From NCBI GenBank assembly GCA_964291405.2, contig OZ219926.1:2752001-2816000 (forward strand): a DNA stretch of 64,000 nt, read 5' to 3'. The translations under genes were made by a program, and so were the position numbers. Source of the stretch: Thermodesulfobacteriota bacterium (lineage in GTDB: Bacteria; Desulfobacterota; Binatia; Bin18). The notes under the pieces were generated by a model, which worked only from the letters and a program-made list of their open reading frames with translations, did not search any database and was not told the DNA's origin. Each line of letters opens with the position of its first letter. The first letter of the stretch is position 1. Positions 1 through 10,651 of this stretch are shown here, piece by piece.

Positions 1-1276
1 ACTGATTCGTGCTCTGCCCGTTCTGATCGTTATCCCATTTGCGAAAGACGAGACAGGCGTTGGTCCCTCCAAAGCCGAAGGAATTGGATAAGACGGCCCG
101 GACAGGTGTCGAGCGGGACTTATTGGGCACATAGTCTAAGTCGCACTCTGGATCAGGTTCCTCATAGTTAATGGTTGGCGGTATGATCTGATGATGGAGC
201 GCCAAAGCGGAATAGACGGCTTCGACGCCACCGGCAGCCCCAAGTAAATGGCCGGTCATGGACTTGGTCGAACTGATCGCGAGCTTTGTGGCGTGTTCTC
301 CAAAGACTCTCTTCAGGGCCAAGGTTTCGGTCGCGTCGTTATACGGTGTTGAGGTCCCGTGTGCATTGACGTAATCGATCTCGGTTGGATCAAGTCCGCT
401 GCTCCGGAGGGCCATCCGCATGCACCGGACTGCGCCCTCACCTTCGGGCGAGGGCGCGGTGATATGATGCGCGTCCCCATTGGCACCGTAGCCGATCACT
501 TCAGCGTAGATGGTTGCCCCATGACTCTTTGCGAATTCGAGCTCCTCCAACACAACGATACCGGCGCCTTCGGCCATGACAAAGCCGTCACGATTCTTGT
601 CAAACGGACGGCTGGCTCCCTCAGGTGCGTCGTTCCGCGTCGAGACTGCCCGCATGGCAATAAAGCCGCCGAGCCCTAACGGGGTCAGCGCCGCCTCTGC
701 TCCCCCGGCAATAACGGCGTCTTGGTCGCCCAGTCGAATGGCCCGGTACGCTTCACCAATGGCATGCGCACCAGAAGAGCAGGCACTCGTTGGCGTATAA
801 TTAATACCTTTGGCGCCATAGCGAATAGAGATTTGGCCGGGTGCCAGGTTGCTCAACAGCTTGGGGATAAAGAAGGGAGAAACGCGCTTGAGCCGGGTAT
901 CGAGAAAGAGCAGATGATTCTCTTCAATACTGGTGAGCCCACCAATCCCCACCCCGATAATACACCCCACCAGATCCTCATTGTCCGGCGTGATTGGGAC
1001 CTTAGCCTCATCCATTGCCATCTGGGCCGCGGCCACACTGTACTGGATGAAGAGGTCCATCTTTTTGACCTCTTTTTTCTCGATAAAATCGGTGGGTGTG
1101 AAGTCGGTGACCTCGCCAGCGATCCGCGTGGGAAAGTCTGAAACATCAAAGCGGGTTAACGGTCCTACCCCAGAGCGTCCCTCAAGCAGTGCTTGCCAGT
1201 TTTTCTCCACTCCAGTGCCCAGTGGAGTGACCGCCCCTAGCCCAGTAATGACGACACGACGTTGCCCGTCTTGCAT
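1..1276 (-). CDS. fabF: beta-ketoacyl-ACP synthase II (3' end runs off window)
   Basis: Manual translation: [20 protein letters not shown]...HGTSTP...[12 protein letters not shown]...[13 protein letters not shown]; no stop before position 1, hence absent from the ORF track. Confidence 0.95.
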   Translation of the reverse strand, partial: MQDGQRRVVITGLGAVTPLGTGVEKNWQALLEGRSGVGPLTRFDVSDFPTRIAGEVTDFTPTDFIEKKEVKKMDLFIQYSVAAAQMAMDEAKVPITPDNEDLVGCIIGVGIGGLTSIEENHLLFLDTRLKRVSPFFIPKLLSNLAPGQISIRYGAKGINYTPTSACSSGAHAIGEAYRAIRLGDQDAVIAGGAEAALTPLGLGGFIAMRAVSTRNDAPEGASRPFDKNRDGFVMAEGAGIVVLEELEFAKSHGATIYAEVIGYGANGDAHHITAPSPEGEGAVRCMRMALRSSGLDPTEIDYVNAHGTSTPYNDATETLALKRVFGEHATKLAISSTKSMTGHLLGAAGGVEAVYSALALHHQIIPPTINYEEPDPECDLDYVPNKSRSTPVRAVLSNSFGFGGTNACLVFRKWDNDQNGQSTNQ

Positions 1277-1300
1277 AATATCCTGCCTTACAAACTACTG

Positions 1301-1356
1301 AAAAGAGTAAGCGTGTCCTCCACTAGACATGAGAGGCTGGACACGTTTACTCTTTT
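1301..1356. repeat. palindromic element AAGAGTAAACGTGTCC...GGACACGTTTACTCTT, copy 1
   Basis: Inverted arms at 1301-1318 and 1339-1356; related copies at 5405, 32071 and 60972. Confidence 0.75.
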
Positions 1357-1604
1357 GCCAACATCCCACCGTCCCAAAGGTGGGCTCAATAGTTTTTTAC
1401 CCGCGCCTCTCCGTTCCCCCAGAAACTTTATTCAGGCTGTGTATCTTAAAGCCTCCGAGAATCCCCTGCAACCAGTTAGCTATGCTCCTCGCGAACCCGA
1501 ATCGAGTGGACGAGCACCAAAGGGAGTCCCTTTTCTGACAGTGGGCTGCTATACGGAATACTCCAAAAGGCAGTACCGTAATCATGAGGAGTTGACAGAG
1601 GCGT

Positions 1605-2855
1605 ATGCCAGAACAGGAGCAGGGTCGACACATTCAAACAGTGTACCTGGACCAACGTGCCTACGCCTTCCCGCATCGGCCTGTGGTCGTGATCTGTATA
1701 GACGGGTGTGATCCAGCCTATATCAAGACTGGCCTGGCCCGGAACATTCTGCCCAACATCCAGCGTTTTCTCACCAAAGGGTTTGGCACCTGGGCGGACG
1801 CGGTCGTCCCAACGTTTACGAATCCGAACAATCTATCCATTGTCACGGGCAGTCCGCCCGCTGTGCACGGGATTTCAGGGAATTATTTTCTCGATCCGAC
1901 AACCGGACAGACAGTCATGATGACCGATCCCCACCAGCTCCGTTCAGAAACCCTGCTGGCGCGCTTCTCCCACAGCGGGGTCAAAGTCATCGTCATTACC
2001 GCCAAAGAGAAACTGCGCCGTTTGCTTGGCTACGGAATCGCCGACGGTATATGTTTCTCTGCCGAAAAGGCGGAAGACTGTACCATCCCCGTGCACGGTA
2101 TTGAGAACGTTTGCCAGCGGATTGGCCGTCCACAGCCCGATGTCTACTCTGCCGAGCTGTCACTCTTTGTCCTAGAAGCTGGCCTCGCCCTGCTCGAACA
2201 GTACCGACCGGGGTTGATGTATCTCTCGCTGAGCGACTATGTCCAGCATAAACATGCACCGGGGAGCGCGGAAGCGAACGCGTTCTATGCCGCGCTTGAC
2301 CTTGTGTGTGGTCGGCTGGCTGAAGCGGGAGCCATGGTCGCTCTCACCGCCGACCATGGCATGAATGCCAAACCACGAGTCGTGTTTCTCCAGGATATTC
2401 TGAATACGAGCTGTGGTCAGGGCAAGACACGCGTAATCTGTCCGATTACTGATCCCTATGTGGTCCATCATGGGGCGTTGGGGTCTTGTGTCCGCGTCTA
2501 CTGTCTTGATACGGACCGGGCTGCCGTGCAGGCTATCATCGCAGACATTCCTGGGGTTGAAGCGGTTTATGATAGGTTCGCCGCGTGCGAGCGGTTTCTC
2601 CTGCCGCCCGACCGCGAGGCCGACCTCCTTGTGCTTGGCGACCAACACACGGCCATTGGGGCGGCCGAACGAGATCATGACTTGTCCGAGTTAGGCGATG
2701 CACCGCTCCGCTCTCATGGAGGGCGCGCGGAGCAGGTGGTCCCATTTATCCTTTCCGAGCCAGTTTCCGAGGCGTACCATACCCGCGCGGCAACCATCCG
2801 GCTTAGCACCTTCGACCTGTTCGACTACGCTTTGAATGGGACATGTGAGTTGTAG
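1605..2855 (+). CDS. phnA: phosphonoacetate hydrolase (alkaline phosphatase superfamily)
   Basis: VVICIDG, PTFTNPNNLSIVTG, DYVQHKH, TADHGM and RSHGG motifs. Confidence 0.9.
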   Translation: MPEQEQGRHIQTVYLDQRAYAFPHRPVVVICIDGCDPAYIKTGLARNILPNIQRFLTKGFGTWADAVVPTFTNPNNLSIVTGSPPAVHGISGNYFLDPTTGQTVMMTDPHQLRSETLLARFSHSGVKVIVITAKEKLRRLLGYGIADGICFSAEKAEDCTIPVHGIENVCQRIGRPQPDVYSAELSLFVLEAGLALLEQYRPGLMYLSLSDYVQHKHAPGSAEANAFYAALDLVCGRLAEAGAMVALTADHGMNAKPRVVFLQDILNTSCGQGKTRVICPITDPYVVHHGALGSCVRVYCLDTDRAAVQAIIADIPGVEAVYDRFAACERFLLPPDREADLLVLGDQHTAIGAAERDHDLSELGDAPLRSHGGRAEQVVPFILSEPVSEAYHTRAATIRLSTFDLFDYALNGTCEL

Positions 2856-2921
2856 CCTTCTGCGCTTTTCTCGTTTCCTCACGCCTTGTGTCGGGAAAAT
2901 GGAGTCTATAGACTGAAAATA

Positions 2922-3554
2922 ATGGATGTCTCAGGCGTGGTGCAGCAACTGTCCATTTGGGTACTGCCGGTCCTTGTGGCGGTCATCTTGCACGAGCTCG
3001 CGCATGGCTATAGCGCCTATCTGCTGGGTGATCCGACCGCTGCCCGAATGGGTCGCCTGACCCTGAATCCAATTGCCCATATCGATCTGCTTGGAACCCT
3101 CTTATTACCCTTCCTGCTGATCATGACTGGCGCGCCGTTTCTGTTTGGCTACGCCAAGCCCGTTCCCGTAGACTTTACGAATCTGCGCAACCCCCGACGA
3201 GATATGGTCCGTGTGGCCGCGGCTGGTCCGATCATGAACCTGATATTAGCCGGACTGTCCGCCTTTGCGCTGAAGTTCCTGCTGTCCCTCCAACTCATCA
3301 CCGATGGACTGGTCGCCCGCAACCTGTTGAATAGCGTCCTGATCAATGTTGTACTCGCCGTCTTTAATTTGTTTCCGCTCCCGCCGCTCGACGGCGGGCG
3401 GGTCGCCACCGGACTGCTGCCTCGGCAGCCGGCTCTGGTGCTCGCCAGGCTTGAGCCCTATGGCATGTTGATCGTGATATTCCTGTTGATGACCGGGATT
3501 CTTGGCGACATACTTCAACCGCCGGTGCTCTTTGTCCTCAACACTCTCTTGTGA
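2922..3554 (+). CDS. site-2 protease family (M50) membrane metalloprotease
   Basis: HELAH, AAAGP and NLFPLPPLDGG motifs; start chosen at ATG 2922. Confidence 0.92.
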   Translation: MDVSGVVQQLSIWVLPVLVAVILHELAHGYSAYLLGDPTAARMGRLTLNPIAHIDLLGTLLLPFLLIMTGAPFLFGYAKPVPVDFTNLRNPRRDMVRVAAAGPIMNLILAGLSAFALKFLLSLQLITDGLVARNLLNSVLINVVLAVFNLFPLPPLDGGRVATGLLPRQPALVLARLEPYGMLIVIFLLMTGILGDILQPPVLFVLNTLL

Positions 3555-3564
3555 GATTTTCTGC

Positions 3565-4590
3565 ATGACCGACACCACACCGATGCGGCAAACGATTGTG
3601 AGTGGATTTCGTCCAACCGGTAAGCTTCATCTTGGACATTTACACGGTACGCTGACCAACTGGGTCCGGCTCCAGAGCGAGTACCGGTGTTTTTTCTTTG
3701 TGGCCGACTGGCACGCCCTGACCACCGGGAAGACGGACGCCGAGAGCATTCGGAGCAATACCGAAGAGATGGTAATTGACTGGCTAAGCGTTGGGCTCGA
3801 CCCCAACCAGTCTGTGATTTTCCGTCAGTCTGATGTGAAGGAGCATGCCGAGCTGCACCTCTTGTTTTCGATGATTACGCCGACGCCGTGGCTGATTCGG
3901 AACCCTACCGTCAAAGAGCAAGCGCGTGAACTGGGCTTTATTGACTCTGATGATGAGGCTGCGGTGACCACGATTCACTACGGGTTGCTCGGCTATCCTG
4001 TCCTCCAGGCCGCCGACATCCTGATGTATAAGGCGCAGCGGGTTCCGGTCGGGGTCGATCAAGTGCCGCATATCGAGTTGACCCGCGAGATTGCCCGGCG
4101 CTTTAATGCCGTCTACGAGACCAGGGTCTTTCCCGAGCCCCAGGCTCTGCTTACGGAGATTCCAAAGATTCTTGGCGTTGACGGCCGCAAAATGAGCAAG
4201 AGCTATGGCAACGCGGTCGTCCTCTCAGACCCGCCGCAGGAGGTCGATACGAAACTGTCGCGGATGATGACCGACCCACGCCGAGCGCGCCGACGTGACC
4301 CTGGCGACCCGGCCGACTGCCCGGCTTTTCACCTGCACCGCCTCTACTGTACGCCGGAAGAAATCGAATTTGTCACAAGCGGGTGTAAAACCGCGGATAT
4401 CGGCTGTCTTGAATGCAAGAAGATTATGATCAAGCATGTGCTTGACGATTTGGCACAATTCAGGGAAAAACGAACGTACTGGGAAAACCACCGCGACGAT
4501 GTGCGCGACGTCCTCCGGGAAGGGGAGCGTCAGGCTCACGAAATCGCCCGTCAAACCATGGCGGAGGTGCGGGAGGTTGTTGGTGTGTAA
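3565..4590 (+). CDS. trpS: tryptophan--tRNA ligase
   Basis: PTGKLHLGH (HIGH-like), KMSKS, YPVLQAADIL, VPVGVDQ. Confidence 0.96.
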   Translation: MTDTTPMRQTIVSGFRPTGKLHLGHLHGTLTNWVRLQSEYRCFFFVADWHALTTGKTDAESIRSNTEEMVIDWLSVGLDPNQSVIFRQSDVKEHAELHLLFSMITPTPWLIRNPTVKEQARELGFIDSDDEAAVTTIHYGLLGYPVLQAADILMYKAQRVPVGVDQVPHIELTREIARRFNAVYETRVFPEPQALLTEIPKILGVDGRKMSKSYGNAVVLSDPPQEVDTKLSRMMTDPRRARRRDPGDPADCPAFHLHRLYCTPEEIEFVTSGCKTADIGCLECKKIMIKHVLDDLAQFREKRTYWENHRDDVRDVLREGERQAHEIARQTMAEVREVVGV

Positions 4591-4700
4591 GGTGACGGAA
4601 GGGTCAGGCCACCAGAGTTGGTGAGACGGTGTCGGCCCTCCCTTTTGCCACATGGGAAATGACGAACGGCGAAGAGTGTCCAGCCGACAAAGCCCTTTCC

Positions 4701-5438
4701 ATGTTTTATCGCGTTAAGCTCAACGTCTTTGAGGGACCGCTCGACTTATTGCTCCATCTCGTCAAGAAGAACGAGGTGGAGTTGCCCGATATCCCTGTTG
4801 CTGAAATTACCGATCAGTATTTAGCCTACCTCGACCTTCTCAAACAGCTCGATCTTGACATCGCAGGAGAATACCTGGTGATGGCGGCGAGCCTGCTCTA
4901 CCTCAAATCGCGTCTCCTGCTGCCTCTTGAGGAAACCCCCGAAGAAGAGGAGGGTGAAGACCCGCGCGCGGAGTTGGCTCGACAACTGCTCGAATACCAA
5001 CGCTTCAAAGAAGCAGCCGAGACGCTGATAGGTCGGGAGATGCTCAACCGCGACGTGTTTATTCGCCCACCCATGCCCGTCGAGCCGGATGGTAAAGACG
5101 ATGTCGTGTATGACTTGTCGCTGGGCGATCTGCTCGATGCTCTGCAGGATGTGATGACACGCGCAGACTCTCAAGAGGCGCATCAGATCATGCTTGAGCA
5201 TGTGTCTTTGCGGGATCGACTGCGTGCGGTGCTTGATACCTTACGGGAAAAAGGAGAGGTGTTCTTCGAGCAGCTTTTTCCCCAGAATTCAACCCGCCTG
5301 CAGGTCCTGGTGACCTTCCTGGCCGTTCTCGAACTGGCCCGCAATAGGATGATCCAGGTGCGCCAAGAGAATCCCTTTGGCCCGATCGTTGCCTCCCTGG
5401 CGGTAAGAGGAAACGTGTCCTCCAATGATGTCGTATAA
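4701..5438 (+). CDS. scpA: segregation/condensation protein A
   Basis: FEGPLDLLLHLV N-terminus, TFLAVLEL C-terminus; synteny with scpB. Confidence 0.95.
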   Translation: MFYRVKLNVFEGPLDLLLHLVKKNEVELPDIPVAEITDQYLAYLDLLKQLDLDIAGEYLVMAASLLYLKSRLLLPLEETPEEEEGEDPRAELARQLLEYQRFKEAAETLIGREMLNRDVFIRPPMPVEPDGKDDVVYDLSLGDLLDALQDVMTRADSQEAHQIMLEHVSLRDRLRAVLDTLREKGEVFFEQLFPQNSTRLQVLVTFLAVLELARNRMIQVRQENPFGPIVASLAVRGNVSSNDVV

Positions 5439-5458
5439 AGCTGGACACGTTTCCTCTT
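5405..5458. repeat. palindromic element copy 2, overlapping scpA 3' end
   Basis: AAGAGGAAACGTGTCC ... GGACACGTTTCCTCTT, with a compensatory change in both arms. Confidence 0.75.
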
Positions 5459-5498
5459 CGAGCCCAGAGGAGCCCTTACCCGAGGCGCTCGGACACCT

Positions 5499-6194
5499 AT
5501 GAAAACAGATCACATCAAGGCGATCGTCGAAAGTCTGCTATTTGCATCCGGCGTGCCCCTGCCGCTTCGCCGTCTGGTTGAGGTCACTGGCGCAACCAAG
5601 ACAGAGGTGAAGGAAGCCCTTGCCGCCCTGCGCGCCGAATATACCGGCCCCTACCGAGGGGTGCGGCTCCGAGAAGTCGCGGGCGGCTATCAGTTTCGGA
5701 CGGTTGCCGACTATGCCGACTATGTGAAAGCCCTAGGTCGGGATAAACCGGTCAAGTTGAGCCGCGCGGCCCTCGAAACGCTCGCCATTATTGCCTATCG
5801 TCAACCCTTGACCAAGATTGAGATTGAAGCCATTCGTGGCGTCGATGTGGACGGCGTGTTAAACTCGCTCCTCACCCGCAAGCTCATTACCGTCCTGGGG
5901 CGTAAAGATGTACCCGGCCGGCCGTGGATATACGGGACGAGCCAGCAGTTTCTTGAAGTTTTCAACCTGGAGAGTATTAGAGACCTCCCCCCGTTGCCCG
6001 ACATTCATGAGCCAACGGCAAATGCGCACGCAGAAGACAGCCCAGACTCAACGGCTCCAGAAGATCCTGAGTCAGGCGGGGATTTCTTCGCGACGGGCAG
6101 CGGAGCGGTTGATCCAGGCCGGTCGAGTCCGGGTGAATGGACAAACGGTCACGCGTCTGGGAACAACGGCGGACCCGCGACAGGATCGCATTGA
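5499..6194 (+). CDS. scpB: SMC-Scp complex subunit ScpB
   Basis: VESLLFAS, LSRAALETLAIIAYRQP, IRGVD, GRPWIYGT. Confidence 0.95.
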   Translation: MKTDHIKAIVESLLFASGVPLPLRRLVEVTGATKTEVKEALAALRAEYTGPYRGVRLREVAGGYQFRTVADYADYVKALGRDKPVKLSRAALETLAIIAYRQPLTKIEIEAIRGVDVDGVLNSLLTRKLITVLGRKDVPGRPWIYGTSQQFLEVFNLESIRDLPPLPDIHEPTANAHAEDSPDSTAPEDPESGGDFFATGSGAVDPGRSSPGEWTNGHASGNNGGPATGSH

Positions 6195-6783
6195 AGTTGA
6201 TGGGCACCTGATCGATTTGCCTACCGGTTGGCTGTATTTCCTGCTGCATAAACCACCGCGTGTGGTCAGCACCCTCAAAGATCCAGAGGGGCGTCCAACG
6301 GTCCGCGATTTGCTCTCCGGTGTTCGCGAACGTCTCTTTCCGGTCGGTCGTCTTGACTATGACTCATCCGGGCTGCTGCTGCTGACCAATGACGGCGCGC
6401 TGACGGAACGCCTTCTCCATCCCCGTTTTCAGGTGCCTCGCACCTATCAGGCAAAGGTCGGTGGTGTCGTCACCAGCAGAGCGCTGGCCGAGCTTCGCCG
6501 CGGCGTACAATTGGACGATGGCGCTCTCGCGGCCCCTGCCGAGGCGCATATTCTCCGGGCAACGGCTCGGAAGACCTGGCTCGAACTGGTGCTGCGCGAA
6601 GGACGCAACCGCGAGGTGCGCCGGATGTGTGAGGCGCTCGGCTATCGGGTGGAAAAATTGATCCGCGTGCAGTACGGCCCGCTCAGTTTAGACGTTCCGG
6701 TGGGTGCTTACCGGATGCTGATCCCACAAGAGGTCAAACGCCTGAAGCATCTGGTTGAAAGGCCTGCGCAATCACGACCTTAA
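6022..6783 (+). CDS. rluB: rRNA pseudouridine synthase (RsuA/RluB family)
   Basis: S4 domain RLQKILSQAGISSRRAAE, GRLDYDSSGLLLLTNDG, EGRNREVRRM; start uncertain and overlaps scpB. Confidence 0.9.
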   Translation: MRTQKTAQTQRLQKILSQAGISSRRAAERLIQAGRVRVNGQTVTRLGTTADPRQDRIEVDGHLIDLPTGWLYFLLHKPPRVVSTLKDPEGRPTVRDLLSGVRERLFPVGRLDYDSSGLLLLTNDGALTERLLHPRFQVPRTYQAKVGGVVTSRALAELRRGVQLDDGALAAPAEAHILRATARKTWLELVLREGRNREVRRMCEALGYRVEKLIRVQYGPLSLDVPVGAYRMLIPQEVKRLKHLVERPAQSRP

Positions 6784-6854
6784 CTTTGGTCTTGACGCCA
6801 TCTTTTCGGGGCGCTACATCTATCCGACGCGGCACCAGCCGCATTGCTGTCCTG

Positions 6855-6930
<76 letters not shown>

Positions 6931-6933
6931 TAT

Positions 6934-6968
6934 GAGAGTCCCGTCAGTTCAAGAACTGCGGGACTCTC
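6934..6968 (+). terminator. hairpin downstream of tRNA
   Basis: GAGAGTCCCG(T)CAGTTC-AA-GAACTG-CGGGACTCTC inverted repeat; no U-tract. Confidence 0.45.
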
Positions 6969-7009
6969 GCCATGTATACGGCCCGCTAAACAAGCGAGAT
7001 TGTGTACCT

Positions 7010-8749
7010 ATGGAATCAGACACAACGCGCGGCAAAGACTCCATTCGCTACGAACCCAACGAAAACCCACCGCCCCTGCTCTCCTTCGGTATCGGCTTTC
7101 AGGCGGCCATGCTGGTAGTGGCCGGGATAGTATTGACCCCCGCGATTGTGATCCGGGCGGCCGACCAGAGCGAGGTCTATCTGTCCTGGGCGATCTTTGC
7201 GGCGCTTATTATCAGCGGGTCAACCACCGTCCTGCAAGCCGTCCGGGTCGGGCGCTTCGGAGCCGGCCACATCCTGATCATGGGGACCTCCGGCGCCTTT
7301 ATCGCGGTGTGCATCACCGCCCTGGTGAAGGGCGGGCCGGCCTTGCTGGCGACGCTCATCTTTATCTCTTCCTTGTTCCAGTTCACCCTGGCGACTCGGC
7401 TATCGCTCTTACGACGGATCATTACGCCGGTTGTTTCGGGCACAGTGGTCGCGCTGATTGCCGTGACCATTATGCCCATCGCGTTTCAGATGGTGTCGGT
7501 CGTGCCCGAGGGCACGTCGCCGGCAGCCGCGCCGGTGTCCGCCACCGCCACCCTGGTCGCCATTGCGGTGCTGGCATTGCGTGCGTCGGGTGTATGGCGG
7601 CTCTGGGCACCGGTCATCGGCATTGCGGTGGGCTGTCTGGTTGCCTCTTTCTTCGGGCTCTATGATGTTGCGCGCGTGGTCGAGGCGGATTGGATTGGCA
7701 TGCCGACATCCGGCTGGCCCGGCTTTGACCTGTCGTTTGGGAGCGAGTTCTGGGTGCTGCTGCCGGCCTTCGTGTTTGTGACCCTGGTCGGTGCCATTGA
7801 AACAATAGGCGATTCAGTGGCCATTCAGCGCGTCTCATGGCGCACCCCCCGGGCGGTCGATTTCCGCACGGTCCAGGGTGCGGTGAACGCCGATGGCCTG
7901 GGCAATCTGTTGTCCGGTCTGGCCAGTACTGTGCCGAATACGACCTATTCGAGCAGCATCCCGCTCACCGAATTAACCGGCGTGGCGGCGCGCAACGTCG
8001 GGGTCAGCCTGGGTCTCATCTTCATCGCTCTCGCCTTTCTGCCCAAGGTGTCCGCCCTGATCCTCGCCATTCCCAGCCCGGTGGTTGCCGCCTATGTCAT
8101 GGTGCTGATGGGTATGCTCTTCGTCCAGGGTATGAAGATCGTCATGCAGGACGGACTCGACTATCGGAAAGGCGTAGTGGTCGGGATTTCTTTCTGGCTC
8201 GGCGCGGGCTTTCAGAACCAGGACATCTTTGCCGCCCAACTCGGCGAGCAGTGGGGGGCGCTGCTCGGCAATGGCATGACAGCCGGCGGCCTGGCCGTTC
8301 TCGTCCTGACCCTGTTTACGGAACTGACGGGTCCGCGCCGCCACCGCCTGGAAATGGACCTGGACATAACGGCCCTGCCCAAGATCGACGGGTTTCTACG
8401 GGACCTGGCCTCGCGCTTCGGCTGGCATACCGCCTCGACGGAGCGCTTGTGCGCGGCCGGTGAGGAAACGCTGCTGAGTCTGGTGCAGCCGGAGGATGAA
8501 ACCACCCCCGACAAGCGGCGGCTCTTTATTGTTGGGCGTGGCGACGGCGCGGAAATCGAGTTGGAATTTGTGGCCGCGGTCGGGGATGAAAATCTCGAAG
8601 ACCGCATGGTCCTGCTCGGTGAGGGGAGCACCACACCCGAAGAGCACGAGATTTCTCTCCGCCTATTGAAACATTTTGCGGCCTCGGTCCGCCACCAGCA
8701 ATACCACGATATCGACATCGTAACCGTGCGGGTCGAAGCGGCACGCTAG
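7010..8749 (+). CDS. NCS2 (xanthine/uracil) permease with C-terminal degenerate RsbW-like HATPase domain
   Basis: YEPNENPP N-terminus, multiple TM helices, ETIGD and PNTTYSSS NCS2 motifs; about 135-aa soluble tail. Confidence 0.8.
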   Translation: MESDTTRGKDSIRYEPNENPPPLLSFGIGFQAAMLVVAGIVLTPAIVIRAADQSEVYLSWAIFAALIISGSTTVLQAVRVGRFGAGHILIMGTSGAFIAVCITALVKGGPALLATLIFISSLFQFTLATRLSLLRRIITPVVSGTVVALIAVTIMPIAFQMVSVVPEGTSPAAAPVSATATLVAIAVLALRASGVWRLWAPVIGIAVGCLVASFFGLYDVARVVEADWIGMPTSGWPGFDLSFGSEFWVLLPAFVFVTLVGAIETIGDSVAIQRVSWRTPRAVDFRTVQGAVNADGLGNLLSGLASTVPNTTYSSSIPLTELTGVAARNVGVSLGLIFIALAFLPKVSALILAIPSPVVAAYVMVLMGMLFVQGMKIVMQDGLDYRKGVVVGISFWLGAGFQNQDIFAAQLGEQWGALLGNGMTAGGLAVLVLTLFTELTGPRRHRLEMDLDITALPKIDGFLRDLASRFGWHTASTERLCAAGEETLLSLVQPEDETTPDKRRLFIVGRGDGAEIELEFVAAVGDENLEDRMVLLGEGSTTPEEHEISLRLLKHFAASVRHQQYHDIDIVTVRVEAAR

Positions 8750-8776
8750 GCGGGGATCATCTTCGGCCTGCAATCC

Positions 8777-10192
8777 CTACTCAACGGCCGGTTTGGTCGC
8801 TTGCCAGGGGCACATCTTCTCGAACGCCGCGGAGGCACGTAGCACCCCGGCATCGTCAAACCGCCGTCCCACAATTTGGAGTCCGACTGGCAAGCCTGCT
8901 TTTGTAAATCCACACGGAATGGACGCCGCCGGATTCCCGGTCAGATTGAAGGGAAACGTAAAGGTGAGCCACTCGTACGGGGAGAGCCGGGTGCCGTTTA
9001 CTGATTTGGCATTGTCGAGCCCGACCGCAAACGGCGGGCAGGGCAGGGTCGGGGTAAGCAGCAGGGTGTATTTCTCAAAAAATTTCTGGACCCCGGTATT
9101 CCAGTCCAGGCGCGCGAACCACGCGTCAATATAGTGGTTGGCTTTCCATTTATGCGTTTTCTCAATCAACTTCACCAGATTGGGATCAATATCCGACCGG
9201 CGCGTTTTGAGCGCTGGCCCCAGCCGGGCAGCAATCCCGCCACAAAACAGACCCTCCCAGGCCGGTTGCGGGTTTGGCCATTTGGGTTTGACGCTTTCGA
9301 CCCGACACCCCAGGTCCCTGAACCGCCGGGCCGCCTTGGCGCACAGGGCTTTGACCTCCGGGTCAAGCGCCTTGGTAGAGCCCAGATCATCGCACCATGC
9401 CACCCGCCAGCCTTCCATTGAGCCCTTGAGAGCTTTGACATAGTCGGTCGTGTCCGCCGGTAGAGAGTACTGGTCGTGCCCGTCCGGTCCTGCCGTGACG
9501 TTCAGCATGAGCGCGGCATCGGCCACCGTCCGCGTCATCGGCCCGACATGCGACAAACTCCAGGCTCCGCTCGGCGGATACACCGGAATCCGGCCAAAGG
9601 ACGGCTTGATCCCATATACCCCGCTGAACGACGAAGGGATACGGATTGAGCCGCCCCCATCCGTTCCTATGGCCAGAGGTCCCAGGCCGGCCGCGATCGC
9701 CGCTCCGGCTCCGCCACTTGAGCCGCCCGGTGTCAAGGCGAGATTCCACGGATTCCGGGTTGGCCCGAACAAGAGATTGTGCGTGACTCCCAGCCAGCCA
9801 AACGTTGGCGTATTTGTCTTGCCGAGCTGAATGCCCCCCGCCGCTTTCATGCGTGCCACCATGGGGGCATCTTCAGTCGGGACGTTGTCGGCGAACAGCG
9901 GTGTCCCAAACGTCGTGCGCACCCCTTTGGTTATCACCAGGTCCTTGGTTGAGAACGGAACGCCGTGGAGCGGACCAAGTGAAGCCGAGCGCTGCATCAG
10001 CATTTTCTCGGCTTTACGCGCGTCGCGCAGCGCGGCTTTGTCCGTCAGGGTGACAAAGGCGTTGAGCCGTGGGTTGAGTTGGTCAATGCGATCGAGTATC
10101 GCTCGCGTGACTTCGACCGGGGAGAGCTGTTTGCGCCGAATCGCTTTCGCCAGTTCGGTTGCGGACAGCCAGCAGATATCGTCCTTTGCCAT
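8777..10192 (-). CDS. amidase signature family protein
   Basis: TKD, GGSSGG and GTDGGGSIRIPS (Ser-cisSer-Lys triad). Confidence 0.93.
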   Translation of the reverse strand: MAKDDICWLSATELAKAIRRKQLSPVEVTRAILDRIDQLNPRLNAFVTLTDKAALRDARKAEKMLMQRSASLGPLHGVPFSTKDLVITKGVRTTFGTPLFADNVPTEDAPMVARMKAAGGIQLGKTNTPTFGWLGVTHNLLFGPTRNPWNLALTPGGSSGGAGAAIAAGLGPLAIGTDGGGSIRIPSSFSGVYGIKPSFGRIPVYPPSGAWSLSHVGPMTRTVADAALMLNVTAGPDGHDQYSLPADTTDYVKALKGSMEGWRVAWCDDLGSTKALDPEVKALCAKAARRFRDLGCRVESVKPKWPNPQPAWEGLFCGGIAARLGPALKTRRSDIDPNLVKLIEKTHKWKANHYIDAWFARLDWNTGVQKFFEKYTLLLTPTLPCPPFAVGLDNAKSVNGTRLSPYEWLTFTFPFNLTGNPAASIPCGFTKAGLPVGLQIVGRRFDDAGVLRASAAFEKMCPWQATKPAVE

Positions 10193-10651
10193 GTTGTTCT
10201 TTCTGCTCACTTTTGTTAGCACTTCACCCTTTTCTAAAAGTGAGGGATTTCAGGGGCTTGGCGAGTTTATTGTGGTTTTTCTTCTTACCTCTCTCAGGCT
10301 TCTGACATATCCTTAATACTACCATTTCATTGTGACACAGGTTTTCTCCGTATTCAAAGGGAAACTCCCTCATAACTCCCCGCTCCCAGGTCCCCCCGCT
10401 GCCCGGAGGCGGCCGCCCCGACGGGCAAGCCACAGCCCGTTCAGAACGCTTGACCGACACGGTGTCTGGCGTTATCTATTGTACTTTTTCTGCGTAACTT
10501 ATTTATATTACACCACTTTTTACTCCTCATATTAGTAGCAAACCCCTCAAGACTAGGGGAACTAGCGGTGCATGACGGTAGCGGACCGTAGACGAGAGGA
10601 AGCCAGTATACCACCAGCAGTCGGTGCCGATACCGAGAGAGGACATACCAC

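Noticed and set aside
359-1301. Plus-strand ORFs
   Set aside because: Antisense shadows of fabF
10195-10560. AT-rich region upstream of the amidase that might be an IS end or leader relic
   Set aside because: No terminal inverted repeat pair or transposase fragment could be recognised
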